A DNA stretch of 49,667 bases from Thraustochytrium aureum (lineage: Eukaryota), in the NCBI GenBank assembly GCA_012862495.1, contig BLSG01000338.1, positions 12,382 to 62,048 on the forward strand, written 5' to 3'. Positions 9,901 to 23,468 of the stretch are shown in pieces. The notes below the pieces were generated by a model. That model saw only the letters and a list, made by a program, of their open reading frames with translations. It was not told where the DNA came from and ran no database searches. The first letter of the stretch is position 1. The number at the start of each line of letters is the position of its first letter. The position numbers were made by a program, and so were the translations under genes.

Positions 9901-12900
9901 CCATACGCGGGACGGGTAGCGAAAATTCGAGGCTCGTGCCGTCCTCGCTGCTGAGGTCGACCGCGTAGGCCACGCCTCGCAAAAGGTCTCCTTGCAGGCC
10001 CCGTGCCCTTGCGAATCGGAGCGCTTTTGCCGCCTTGCTGGACCCGCCGCCCTGCGAAGGCCCGAATACGCCTTGAGAGGTATCAGAAGCACTCGTGCTC
10101 GCCGCCGATGACACCGCACGAGCTTCTTCTCGGCAAAATCCCTTGTCGATCATCTCGCGCTGCACCGCCTGCGCAAGCCCGATATCGGTCGCCTCGTCTG
10201 CGGCCTCGCTTGGCTTCATTGAGTTTCCATCGCGATCGTTTTGCCTCCTTTGACCTGTGCTCCCTTCATCCGCTGGCATGTCGGCTCTCGCCTGCACGTC
10301 CTCCGCCATGTCGCACTCCCCACCTGTCAATCTCAACACCTCGAACAACGGCGAGGTTTCCCTCGCCAGCAGGGCCCAGTTGACGCAAACGCGCGCTCGC
10401 GGTGGGAGAACGAGAGCAAAGTCCGTCGGGCGCTTTCGCAGGCGCACACCAAGGTGCCAAGCAGCGCTCTTGTCCTCAGCTATGACGACAGGCTCGCCAG
10501 TCTCGTTGCTGATGACAGTGTCAGGCTGCGTTTCCCTGTACAGCCCAACATGGACAACTCCATCGGACTCTGCGCCTCGGCAGAGAAAGCACTCAAAAAC
10601 GCCAGGCCGTGTTTGCACAAGCAAGTGCTGGGTCCACGCGCCATCCACGTTCAGAGTTGGGATCGCAATTCGTTCGCTCCACGAGGCGTCCCGAACCCTC
10701 GGATCGCTTTCTGCTTCGCGCAGTGTCGAGCTGCGCACGCGCAGCCGCAAAACAGTGCTGAGAATCTTGTACGAAGGAGGCGCGAAGGAGGCGTTGCTGA
10801 CGGTCTGTTCTGCTCCTTCACTCGATTGCGCTGCGTCGGGTGACGGAGCTGCGGGCGCCACCAGCTCGGCCGGTGCTTGGGAACCCGTGCTGCCCGGCTG
10901 GCCCCCAACGATAGCCGCAGTATCCCCGCTAGACGAGCGCCGAAGCAGCCAGTCAGAGAGGGTCCGTGCCTTGCTTTGGGGCGGAGCACTTGCTTCACAA
11001 TCTTCTGTCTCCTCGGTTTGCCGGCCAGAGCATTCTGGTGCACTCGGAGCCTCTGCTGCTGGCGGAGCCGACATTGCTAGCGAAGCTGCCCTGCGCGCTG
11101 CCCGCTCAGCGGCGTGAACTGGGTTTTCGCCAAAGTAGCTCACTGGGGTGACGGACGTTGATCGCCAGAGGGTGCTCTCCACGGGGGCCGACATGCTCTC
11201 GCCCAGCGAAAACGGCGTCTCGCTTACCACGTCAAGATCGCATCCGGTGTCATTGTGCAACAGCACGCGAGGTCGGAAAACTACCTCCGTGGCCTGCCCC
11301 GAGTGGTCGCTGTTGACTTGGCACAGCAACTGCGCGACCCAACCAGCGTGCTCGAGCGCCGCGCTCACAGGAATGGCAACAATGTGGTCGTCTGATTCGT
11401 CTAGCGGCATGGTCGAGGACCAGGCCGCACCCTCCTCAATCACCGCGTCTACCCACGTTGGCGAGGTCACTATCGCGACTTGTACACCTTCGATTGCGCT
11501 CCTCTCCCATCCCAAGTCCAGTTTGCCTCCAGGGGGCACAACCCCGACAGAGTGCTCGGCTTGGCCCTTGCATGGCTCTACCGCAGCGTCCAGAACGCAC
11601 TTCACTGCCAACGCTCTATCTGTCTCGTTACGGACTTGGACTGGAGCGCAGAAACGCATAAATAGCGAAGCAAATCCAGGCACATTGCCCGCCTCTGCAA
11701 TCGCTCGAACGCCGCCAAAGCCAACTACGCGCTGCGCGATCACGCCTCCCTCTGGAGCTTGGCCGCCTCCACAGCTCGCAAATCGAGCCGTCACGTTTTT
11801 GAAGAGTGTGTCGTGGAGCCGAAGCGGTGGGACCGACCACGCGCGTCGGCCCAGGTGGGCGTCGGGGGCAGGCGAAACGAGCNNNNNNNNNNNNNNNNNN
11901 NNNNNNNNNNNNNNNNNNNNNNNNNNNNNNNNNNNNNNNNNNNNNNNNNNNNNNNNNNNNNNNNNNNNNNNNNNNNNNNNNNNNNNNNNNNNNNNNNNNN
12001 NNNNNNNNNNNNNNNNNNNNNNNNNNNNNNNNNNNNNNNNNNNGATGAAAAGCGCAATTGCTGAACGCGGTTCCACCCGCAAGGCCTGAGTGTGCCCGTC
12101 AGTCGCGATTCCACTTGCGGCAGCAGCGGCAGCACCAGCACCAGCACCAGCAGGCTCCACGGGCTGACGTTTGTCTCCTGCCATTGCACGGGCCTGTGGT
12201 GTTTGATTCGACTCGTCACGCAAAAATTGCGCAGCAAGCATCGACCCCTCTTGCCGGGTCGCAGCATCGCCCACCCCGGCGCCTGGTCCCGACAAATCGA
12301 TGTCTGGTGCGTCCCCAAATGCCCCGCGCGGGTGGTGCTCCTTCTTCTCGGCGACAACGGCGGGCCAAATGCCCTCCGAGAAATCCTGCGCCCGCTGAGC
12401 GAGGGCGTACTGGAGCTGCTCCACCCGCGTCTGCGCCCGAATGTGACACAAGAAAGGTCCGTCCATTGCGTTCACCACGAACGCAGTTGGCCAAAGCTCG
12501 ACCATAAGCCAGGCCCCGCTTTTGCCGCCCTTTCGACCACGGATCACGGCCCGGCGAATGTTGATCCACATAAAGGCACGGCCGTCCTCGCCGCGGTCTG
12601 CGGGGACCTCTACGAGCTGGGGCTCGCCGCCCAAGACCTTTTCGTCGATCGGGATCGGGCCGCTCCACGCGGCCCCATCTGAAGCGCGCAGCGATATTGC
12701 AAGCTCGGTCGCGTTAACCTGACGCCTCATCTTTGATGCAGAGGTTGTTCGCTTCTTGCGGAGCGATTTGCCTCTTGGTGCCGGGTCCATAGAGTCGGTA
12801 GAGTCCGCTCGCGCGGGGTCCCGGCTCACTTCTTGCTCAGCATACGGGGCCGCCTGGCGCCGTGCCACAGTCACGAGATCGACGTCTGGACACATAAGCC

Positions 12901-15900
12901 CACAATACCTGCGCCCCCAAATCCATAGTCGAATGCTTGCTCGTCCATGAACCCGATCGGCCGCAGCTCGCGCAACTCGGCCTGCGTCGTCGTCCCGCTG
13001 TCACTGCTCTCGCCTTGCTCGCTGTCGACTGAACACTCAGATGAACGCTTAGGTCCGAGCGAGGGCGCTCCAAAGCCTGCGGATGGTCCTGCAGCGCCGC
13101 AACGGCTGGCCTCAAGCGCTGCAGCAGTGGCCGTAGATGCCGCGCAGGGTGGCACCTTGTAAGTGTTGTTGAGAAAGCGCACCTCAAGCGGCATGGGGAC
13201 TCTGCTCACCATGAGGTGGCTTGGGAGCAGCCGGACGACGCTCTGTAGGCCATTCTCGCCTCGCTGCGCGCTGATCCACAGCGGGCAGCTCGCTTCACTT
13301 CCGAAAAACACGCTCGTCACGTCCTTGCTCACGGCTGCAAATACCAACTCTCGGCGATGGACGCCGACATCGTCAATGTCGACAGGCCGCGACCATGTGC
13401 CCGGCTGGCCGCTCTGGTGGGCAGACTCGAGCGCAAAGCGCATGAGCGGGTGAAATGCGACCGCGAGTTGCTCGCGCCTCTCAATGGCTTCAGCGGCATG
13501 GTCGGGCGCTGCCGAACGATGCCTTGGAGCAGCGTCTTCGCCAACGCTTGACTCTTGCAGCCTCTCGAGCAAGACCTTGTCTTTCGATGCAGGACGCAGG
13601 TATGGCTGGCTGACGCGCCAACTGTACGCCTCGGTCTCGTCAGGGTTCACACGCAGCACCTCAGCGGTTCCATACTGGCCAAACCACAGGGTTCGCCCGG
13701 TACTGTTGACGAGGAGGTACTGGAGAGAAACGTTGTGCCCTTCATCCTTGGTCGAACTGCCATCTTCTGCCTCTTGCGGCTCGTTCGCAGGCTCAAGTCG
13801 GCGCCCGCGCAGCTCAGCAACGCGGTCGTCGAGCTCCTCGAGGTCCACAGCAAAGGCATTGACCCCGTAGTGAAACGGCAGCAGGGTCTTGCGGCCCACG
13901 TTCCATTTGCTCGTCATAACCTGGAGTGAAACAGCTTGGCACGTTGACTCGGATTCGGCGCCGCCACGACGAAATTCGTGCGTTAGCCACGACGCGTACC
14001 ATTTCGTGAACGGCGTAATAGACAAGAACCCAAAGTCCTGCACCGCGACATCGATGACGGCAGCGCCCACTCGCAAACGTTGCCTGTCTCGGCCCTGCTG
14101 CACAAACGTCCGGAAACCACGCGCGGTGAGCACCCATAGCTCCTCTTCACGCGTTCTGCTCGCTGGATCCGCTCCGATTGCGCCCTCGCCAGCATCGCGC
14201 AGAGGATGCCCTGACAGCGACGCCTGCCGCCTGTGCTGCCTTCTCGCTCTGGTCTGAACTGGGCCAGAAGCCGAGTGCAGCACCGCGAGCCTCAAGCTGG
14301 CAACTTCGCAGGACAGTTCGACCGGGAACCAAAAGGCGCGAGACGCGACGGACTCTATCCGCAAGGTCCTACTCAAGGCCGCGCAGACAGCGAGTCGGTC
14401 GTCGATATGTCCACGAGCACCGTTGTTGGCACCACGCCACCTCAACATCCAATTCTTGGCGGGCTCGGACTCAGCAGCACAAGAAAGGCGGAGCGGAAAC
14501 CCTGTTGTCATACTCGGCTCCGATCGAGTCCGCGTTCGACTTGCCGCAGCGCCAAACTCCGAAGCTGCTACCGAAGGTTGCGATGTAGGCCCAGCCGCAA
14601 AACCGTCCCCCCGCAGGGCCGCTGCTTGGCCCGTCGCACCCTCGTCCATCGAGAGATCAACCAAATCAGCAAACGCGTCCGCAAAGTCCTCCACAGCACT
14701 CCCCGAATGCAGGGCAGAAGCATGGTCGTTCTCGAGTGGGACGAAGAAGGTAGATACATGGACGAAGGCGCGGTGAACCGAGTCCCAATAAAACAGTTGA
14801 CACTCCACGACGTTGTGGAGAAGAGTGTCGCGGTGCACTGCAGCTGTGGCGACGTCAATTGGGACAGGAAGTGGCTGGGCGACGTCAATGGTCCTCACCA
14901 CGCGTGGCTCAAAGTACTGCCACCGCAACGTCACCCACGCGCTAACGCAATCCTTGGAGGGTGAGTGCCGTTTGCGAAACTGTTGCGCTCCAGGCTCGAC
15001 GGTACTCGAGCTGCGGTCACTCCAGCTCAGGGGGCCAGCAACTTGCGGACTCCAGATGTCGGCCTGCGCGAGGAGCTCGCCCGGAGACCCCAAGGCCCCA
15101 AACACGATCTGACCCGCATCCGGGTCCAGCACACCTTCCTCTTGCTCCCCCATGTCATAGATGCGCTTGAAGTGCTCGAAATCGTTCTTCACCACGGTGG
15201 GCAGGCTCTGGAGGCGCGCTCGTGCAGGCCCGACCCCGGAGTTTGCTCGCGCCTTGCGCAGCACCGGAGTCCCAGCTCCAACTTGGCCTGCAGCGGCAAA
15301 GTCCAGGGCCACAGCCGCGAGCACTGCAATGTTTTCTTTGGAGAGCGCCACACATGCTTCAGACGCCTCCACGGCGACCTTTGCCGCTCCGACACCGCAC
15401 CCACGCCGCGTTCCAGAGAGGCGCAGGTCAAGTGGATGGAGAACTGTGGCCGCCACTGATCCTAGCTCGCGGGTCGACCAGCGCTCGATCGATACACCCA
15501 CCGAGATGAGGTCGAATTCGACGCGACCAGACCGGCGGCAGCGCAGCTGGGCGAACACCTGGTCGCTTGCCGCTCGAACGCGCGCACAACCTTGCGAGGC
15601 ACCTTGCATCGTTATGGATACTGCAGGGACAACGAGCTTGGCGCTTAGCACGGGAGCGGACGAAGCATCTGCCTCTTCAAAGGGCTCCACCTCAAGGCAC
15701 TTGCTCACCTCGGCGGCCACACGGCGCTTGAATCGCTCTGTCCAGGCGCCTAGCGAGCGCACCGCTTCAGGCAACACATACGTCGCACTGGAGCCAGAGA
15801 GCGCCGTCGCGGCCACGACGGCGTTGGGAGACACTGAACAGGAAAGCGCGCAAGCAAGCTCGACAGAAAGGCCGAGCGCCTCACTAGGGATCCCCCGGCT

Positions 15901-18900
15901 CCATCGCACGCTAACCGCGGGCTCGCCAGCCAGCCCTGGGGCCAGCTCGCTCAGCTGCTCGTCTCCTACGAGAGCGCGCACCTTTGAAACGTGCAGGCTC
16001 CCCAGGAGAGGATCAGAGTGGTGGAGAAGGCGCATGCCAGTTAACTGCACCTTCGCCGAGTTCGGCATGTCGCCAACGGAAGCCTCAAGCTCGGCCACTG
16101 TAACGTCGATGTTCAGCTCAAGGGCTTTGCGATTTGTTGCCCTTTTACTCCCGACAGGCAGCCGCGGCAGCTCTGAAGGGCTTGGCGCAGTCACACGACG
16201 TCGGCCGACCCCTGTGCGGGTCATGCTGTCGAACTCGGCCTTGCTCGTCTGGCACCTTCCGAAAGAGTCTAGCCAGGCGGCACGGAAGGTTTCCTCTTGC
16301 AAAAGGTTTGCTTCCACGGCGAGGCGGCGGAGGAGGCCAAGGTGCTCCGTGTCGATGGCAATAGTAGTCGCTTCCAGCGATACGCCGATGTCCACTTGGT
16401 TTGTTCCCGGTATCTGCTCCACAAGAGCTGAAAATGGACGCTCTGCCAGAATCTCGCGAGGGGCACTCTGCGCCGAGACGAGGCAGACATTTTCAGCGCT
16501 TTTCGAGAGCTGACCAATCGGCCCATCTTCGACATCGCTGCCGCTCTGTACGGCGCTGGGTTCCACCGGCAAAAAGCAAAACGAGCGCAGCCCGAGACCA
16601 CCAACATGAAAGTGCTTGCCGTCGGCGCACACAAGGGACGCCAGCTCCAAACAGAGGCCTGCAACGCTCCGCGATTTGCGCGGCGTCCAGACGCACGAGA
16701 CTGGCACGAAGATCCTGATCCGCTCAACCTTTGCATGGATGCGCGGCAGCACGAGACTGTGCGTTTTGCATGTTGCATGCAGTGGCTCGTCGATTCGCGC
16801 AGGCGTTTCACCGACCTCCACTAGCGTAGGCGCGCCGTCCACGGCCGTGCTCTGTCGCTGCGTGCCACCCGCGCGTTGCGGACTGCGAAAACCAGGCTGT
16901 GCCGAGTCCGCCGCTTGTGTGGGCTCGTTGCACATGAACGAAATGGACTGAATGGCGCCGAGAAGCGCAGGCCGAAGAACGAGGTCAAGCGCGCGTGTTG
17001 ATATCGACACGGCCACAGCGGCGCCAGCGTTCTCGGCGATGGCCTCTAACACCGGACGTTTCACGTTTTGTGAAAAGCAGAGCACCGGGGCCAGGTCAGC
17101 GACGGTGTCATAAACGCGCACGCCCTTCGGCCAGCGGACCTCGAGTAGAGCGGCGACAAGATGAGGCGATCGCAAAACGGTGCTCGGCAAGAGCAGTGCG
17201 GTTGCCAACGCTGACAAATCTCGATTTGAGCAAAACTCGAGAGCGTGAGCGAGAATCGAAGGCGTCCTTGCCAGGTCAAGCAGCGAGACGTTGTCGGTCG
17301 TTTCGCTCCGGAGCCTTGTCCTCACCGCCTGGTCTGCAGCTCCGTCAGCGAGGACCTCGTGCGCGCTTGCGTGTTCCACCTGCACTTTGACACGGTGAGA
17401 CGACGTTGTTTGGTCCAGGTGGGCGCCGACGTCAAGCCCTGCAACAAGTACCACGAGCGCACCTGGCACATGGAATGCGGTTCCCTCGAAGCCGGGAGCA
17501 GGTCTCCCGACGGACGGGCGCAGGCCGATCTCGACGCAAATCGACTTGGCAACAATTTCACACCCTGCGCGGGCCACAACAAGGGAGAGCTGGCGACGTA
17601 CCTTAGCAGCGTTTGACGTCTCTAACGCCCGCCTAGGCCTTGGCCCCGATTGGGTTGGCAGCTTGACAATAGATGATGCAAACAGGGCGAGCGCCGCAAG
17701 CCGACGCGGATCGACACGAAGCGTAACAGGCTCGTCAGCTCGAATACTGAGGTGCGGCGCTACGCAAAGCTGGCCAGTCGATGGGAGCACGCTGGCGGTC
17801 AGCGCCAGTTCGCCGTTTAGCCGGACGGGTTCCAGCACCTGGAGGACTTGGCTCGCTTCGGACTGCTGGATGGCCAGTGCGGCGCCAGAGATGACCCAGT
17901 CAAACGAGGCGTGCTCGTCCAGCCTGCTCGTGACAACCAAAGCAGGAACTGTCGCGCGAACGAGCGGCGAGGCGATGATGCTGAGCGGCGACGTGGCAAC
18001 GTCGACGCGGACATGCGTGGCGCCAACGCAGGCCTGGATTGAGGTTGCAAGCGCCTTGGTCTCGTCTGTGAGTGGGAGCGACGGTGGGAGCGAACCGAAT
18101 TCGCGCGTCGCAGATCCAGCAGCCGCCACGTAGCCTGGCCCATCGTCAGGCGGCCCAAGATGGAGATGAGCTTGAAGCAAGTCTCGGACGAGCTGGTCGG
18201 CTTGGTCTCGCCAACGCGCAAGACCGTCCAAAGCAGCCCCATCTATTGTACCCGGCGCGCTGTAGAAGTGGACCCCGAGCGTGCTCGGGTTTGAGGTTGT
18301 CAGCTCTGAGGAGGTTTCGAGCTTGAGCGAGTTGCGCGCGATGAGTTTGGCTGGAAGCCCAGACGCGATGACTTGGAAAACGAGCGCTTGCTTACGTCGT
18401 TTGCTGCCGCCCTGCGAGCTTGCTGAGACTGGCGTTGGCATTTTTGCTGGGCCGACATGGAAAACATGTCGGAGACGACGGTGGCCGTAATCCAGGTACA
18501 AGTCTGCCCGCCCAAGCTCTGCACCGAGCGCAAGCAAGTCGCTGCCACCAGCATCGACTATAGCCTCAAGGGATGCCTCGGCGAGTGAGGCGCAAAGCGC
18601 CTGGCGTGAGGCCCCAAGTCTCGAAGGTGAGCGCGGCGTGGAGATTTCGGACTCCGATACAGGCTGCAGAGCAAAGCACACCGTTTCTACCGCGCTGCAC
18701 AAAGTCTCCAGCGACACTCGCATGATGGCTCCCCCAAGAGTGGCGCCGAGGCGCGCGTTGATGAAAGGCCCGTCTCGAGAGGAGGGCGCGGCACCCTCTC
18801 CCTGACTGGCTCCATCGTCGTCGCTGTCCTTGTTGGCAGCGGGCTTCGTTGCCTCAACGAGAGCATGTAAAGTGTCGAGGCGCAGGACGACATCTTCAAA

Positions 18901-21900
18901 GAGGTCGTGAGACGCGTTCCCAGCAGCAGCGGCAGCTGCCAGGCCGGGGCTCACCCCGGGGCCAGCGAAAGCTGGAGGCGAGACGTGGTAGAGCTTTGAG
19001 CTCTCGTGTGATACATACACAGCAAAGGAAGCTACCTGAATGCGCCCTGAAACCATGCTGTGCTTGCGTGAAAAGCGGGAGCGGGACCCGTTTGCCGCCT
19101 CGATTAGCTCGCTTGAGCCCGGCAAGAGCCGAGCAGCGCCACGAGCGCTGAGGTTTGATGCGTCATGGTGAACCGTTCTGGCTGCGCGGACCAGTTGTGG
19201 GTGAGGTTGGCCCGCACCAAACTGCGACCTCTGACGTGAACGAAGACGCGGCGCACGATGCAAGTGCAAGCCTGCCCTGATTTGGACGTCCGCAACGGCA
19301 ATGCCAGTGGAGGGGGCCATAAGCGTCGGTGGCTGGCCAGGTTTCGTGGCCGCCAAGAAGGCGTGGACGCTCGGTAAGGTGCAGAGGAGGTCGACGGGGG
19401 GCGGGACTCGCTCGCGCGCGGGCTTTCGCATGAGGTTGCCGTACTCGATGGCCAAGTCCTTGAGTGCGGCACCGGCCGTGCCTTGTTTGAGCTCTGGGAA
19501 AGAGGGTCGCGAATTGAGGGCTTGTTGGTGAGTGCTTTGCAGGCCGAGAAACTCACACAAGCCCTGCATCACAAGCTGGTCACCTCGGCAGGAAATCGCA
19601 CCAAATGCAAGGTCGAGCTCAGTCGGGTCACGTACGTCGGGCACGCCACCCGCTTGACCACTTGAAGGCGTATCAAGCCGCCCCCCTGCATTCGGTTCAA
19701 GCTGGCCAAGCGGGGCAAGTACCCGTGCACGCATAGCTTTGTCCGCGCGGCGGTAGAGCGAGGTGCCGACGCAACACTCCTTTTCCGCGTGAGTGGCGAA
19801 CCCGTCGACTACGTTGTCCTGCTGGAAAAAGCTCCAACAGTGCCAGGGATGAGGCATTGGATCGAGGATGGAGGCAACTGCGGGGCTATGATCTCGGCTA
19901 GACACCCCCCAAAGCGCAATATCGTGGTACGTACCGAGCGCATCTTCATACCGGCTGATGCGCGCAGCGTCGACGTCGACAAACAATTCCACAAAGCTGT
20001 GCTCCTTGGAAGGGCTGAGGTCGTCTACCGCCCGCGCCTCGATGGTAACTCCCTCAATTTTGACTTTGGCGAACTCGACAAGAGTCGTGCTGCGGTCTCG
20101 CGCAGCGCTTTGAACAGGTTCTGTAGCACCTGCTCCCATATCGACTTGAACGAGACCAATGTTGGCAACGGGCACGGACATGGTGGGCACACTCTGTTGG
20201 CTCTGTTCGTCGGCGTGCGCGCCGCTGGACTTGTGCAAAAGAAATGCGATCGAGACCTTGTCGAGCCGCACGCCGGCAACACTGATGAAGCGTTTGCGTT
20301 TGCGCGCGGACCGGATGGCGTCTGCGCGTTGGCGTTCAGCTAAAATAGCGTTTTTAGCCGCATCCATGAGCATCTCGCTCTCAATCGCATCTGGTGCGTC
20401 ATCGCTCTCGCCTAGAACAACACCCCAGGCCCAGGTTGACCACTTCGAGCTGACAGGGCGCTGACCTAAGGTGCGCGGATCGTCTGCTGCAGCACCGACA
20501 CGACTTTCGTCATCTTTAATCTGGGCGATCGGCGAGCTCGATGCGAGGGGCGTCTCGCCCTCCCGTAGAGCCGTCGGTATCGAGGACACCGGGCGACTGG
20601 CCAGCGTGTCGTTGCTGAAAGCCTCTACGCCGTGAACAGCAGCAGCCTCCGAGGCGTGTGCGCTAGAAGTATTGCTGGCCGTTGCCCCAGGACTTTGCGC
20701 GGACCCCCCAGGCGCTTCATCTCGCTGGACTTGCTCCTCGTCGCCTTCGCTGGCGCTCGAGTTTGTCTCGGTGTCGTCGGGGAGGACCATGAGTTTGCCG
20801 AGCATGATGAATTGCTCTTCACTAACAGAGACGTCCAAGGTACGCACGTGGATGTCTGCGATGGCGATGATGGTCCAGTCCAGCTCGTCGCCACCAATCT
20901 GGTCGTCGCCACAAGGCGGGGCGCGCGCTCGCCAGTTGCCCGTGTCGACGCTGCAAACGAGAGGCATCAAGCATGTGGTCGACGAGAAGGGGTCGGCATT
21001 CGCTTCGAGACCAAAACGAGCTCGCGCGCTTGTGGCTGGGTCCCGCGATTCAACGCCGTCCGCCGACTCCGAATCGTCCTGGAAGGTCTCGCTCGTGGAC
21101 CGCTTGATGAGGCTCATAGCGCCTTTCATGAAGAGCTGGCCAGAGCTCGTAGACCGATGCATTTGCGCCATCGCGTCGCTGGACAAATCGCGGCGTTTCG
21201 ACGGCCTCTCCGACGGCGGACTCCTTGCTGCCCCATCGCTCATGGCCTCACGCCGCGACGCGTAGGGATCGACGCTCACCTTGGCGCGCATGGCAAAGCA
21301 GGCGCGGCGAAGCACGGGCATCTCTACTGAAACGAGCTTTCCCCTCGACCCTCGCAGCGAGTGGCGCTTGCCGTGGTAGGTGGAGGAGGTGGAGCCAGGC
21401 GAGTTGAACGAGCTTGTCGACGAAGAGCTCATCTTTCGGCCAGCCCGCATCTTGCCCGGGCTCGCACCAGACAAGTCCCACTGCTGTTGATGATGTGGAA
21501 GGTTGTCGCTTTCCCAATGCGCCGCCGTTCGCTCAAGATTGACCGTGAGGTCCTTGACCTCGCACGACTTGAAGATGCTCTTGTTGGCCCCATGAGGGTC
21601 TTGGAACTTGACTTTCCAGCCCTTGCTGGGGTCGGCTGAGAAAACGGAGAGGGACCTGAAAGAGGCCGAGAGAACGACGTTGGCATGCTCGTATTTGAGC
21701 ACGAGATCAGAGATTTCAACAGTCGCGTTGGCGATGATCTTGCGAAGCGCGTCTTGGAGCCACCCCCCCGTAGTGGCCTCTTCAGACTCGCCCCGCGGGT
21801 CTTCGCTCGGAGGGAGGGCGTCAGGCTCCTCAGGCGGGCTGCTTGGCGACGCGCGTGCGTCGTGGCTCGATCGGCGGCTGCCCTCCGCCGAGGCCCTTTG

Positions 21901-22326
21901 CGACGGTGGCTTCGGCGACCCGATCGCCACGGCGTCGAGGTCGTGATCGATTCCAAGCGAGCCGCCCGAGGAGACCGAGGTGCGTCTATGATATGCAATC
22001 TGGAGTCGGCGAAATTGAAGCTCGCTGCGGGCAGTGAGGATGATTTCGATGGTGCTAATTTTGACATGAATCGGGTGCGAGAACAGCTTTGTCCAGTGGA
22101 TTTGAATGCGCAGCTCTTTGATGAAGCCCCTCGAGAACTCAAAAGCGAGCGGGATCTTGAGGCTCTCCTGCAGCACGTCCAGCCGGAGTTCCAGGTCTCG
22201 CAGGATAAGGTCTCCGCCAACGCCAAGGGTCTCGATGTTGATGTTGGAGATGTACTTGCTCAGGCTGCTTGCTAGGCTCTGCGTCAGGTACCGCTTCAGC
22301 GGCCCCATCAAGTACTCGCCAAGCAT
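6941..22326 (-). CDS. VPS13B: VPS13B-like bridge lipid-transfer protein, ~5,000 aa, broken by gaps and one frame change near 12890
   Basis: Chorein-N start MLGEYLMGPLKRYL..GGDLILRDLELRLDVLQESLKIPLAFEFSRGFIKELRIQIHWTKL. VAB-like repeats (VVNAMD, VRNETDRAL, LLHNDTGCDL, ISNETGEPV). C-terminal MFVGIDRTPLRF..GSLEILGNPAGFVRSVGAG and ATG2_C-like KGIGKGLVGVVTKPIGGAADFVAQT. The end at 6941 is inferred from a PH-like helix (FASKQDRRDFARQAMGLW) after the gap. Confidence 0.88.
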
Positions 22327-22742
22327 CTTGCCTGCCGCCTTGCACGCGCTGGGCCGCCGCCTTGCACGCGCCGCGGGGTCACGCACGGCGCAAGGGCGTT
22401 CTGTCGGCTCCCTCCCAGCCGCGCGTCCAACAATAGAGGACGATTCGAGCTTAGAGGGTCGCAGACCCGTTCCAGGTGTTTTTTGTGTTCCAGTTTCCTG
22501 TGCTGCTGGCAGTCTCACTTCACTCGCTTCGAGGCCGGCTGCGCAAAGCGGGGCACATCGGCGAGTAGCGCCTCGCGCGAAAGTGTGAAGGAAACGCGAT
22601 TTGTAGACGCTATTTTCTATTGGTGTGGGCAGCAAACAAGGGTTTTTGCCCCTCTCGAGCCCGAGAGCTCTCTAGCCACACTCTCAACCCCCCTCGACTG
22701 GTCTTCAAAGTAGCTTGACTTGAGACCTTCAAGGCTGTTGGG

Positions 22743-23468
22743 CTACTGCGCGACGAGAACGGCCCCAGGCCCAGAGAACCAGACAGGCTCGTCCTCCTTG
22801 CAGTCATTGACCTCGTCGTGAATGCGCTGTACGCTGGCATCGCAGCGCTCAAGCGCAAGGTCGACCGAGAGGCAGAGTCCCATTTCCGAAAGGTATTGGC
22901 GGCTTCCGGAGAATTTGCAACCGAGGAGCGGGCGAAAGCCAAAATGGGCCTCGTAAGCGGAGACGATAGAGGCGACAGAGTACGAATTAGTGGCCGAGGG
23001 CTTGACGCCGCCAGAGGCGAGCGCGGCGCGCGGCTCGAATTGCTTGCGCGTGCGCAAGGTTCGCAAAAAGTACTCTGCTTGCGACATTCGTGAGCAGGTC
23101 CCGTGCTTGCCCCACTCGTGCGACCAGAAGGCCTCGTCGGTGTTCTTGGAGAAGAGCGTGGGCCAAAACTTCTCCATGTCTTGGCGCACCGCAGCAACTT
23201 GCTCTGGGTCAAATGGTTCGTTGGAGCACGAGCACGGGTATGAGTGCGCCCGGCCCGGCGAGCCCGTTCGAGAAGGCCACAGGCCGTGCAGGGTCCAGTA
23301 ATCGCGGTCGCTGCCGAACTGCGGCGGCCACTGTAGCGCGAGTAGGAAGAAGTCAAAAGCTGCGTCGTGATTCGGGTCGCATCCGGCCCGCACCAGTGCC
23401 ACGTCTGCCAGAAGCCCCACAAGCGCGAGCCAAGTGGAGGCCGTTGCCAAGGGCCGAAAACTGCGCAT
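22743..23468 (-). CDS. Secreted/lysosomal ribonuclease T2
   Basis: Signal peptide MRSFRPLATASTWLALVGLLADVALVRAG, then FDFFLLALQWP, CAS I WTLHGLWP and CAS II FWSHEWGKHGTC. Confidence 0.95.
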   Translation of the reverse strand: MRSFRPLATASTWLALVGLLADVALVRAGCDPNHDAAFDFFLLALQWPPQFGSDRDYWTLHGLWPSRTGSPGRAHSYPCSCSNEPFDPEQVAAVRQDMEKFWPTLFSKNTDEAFWSHEWGKHGTCSRMSQAEYFLRTLRTRKQFEPRAALASGGVKPSATNSYSVASIVSAYEAHFGFRPLLGCKFSGSRQYLSEMGLCLSVDLALERCDASVQRIHDEVNDCKEDEPVWFSGPGAVLVAQ

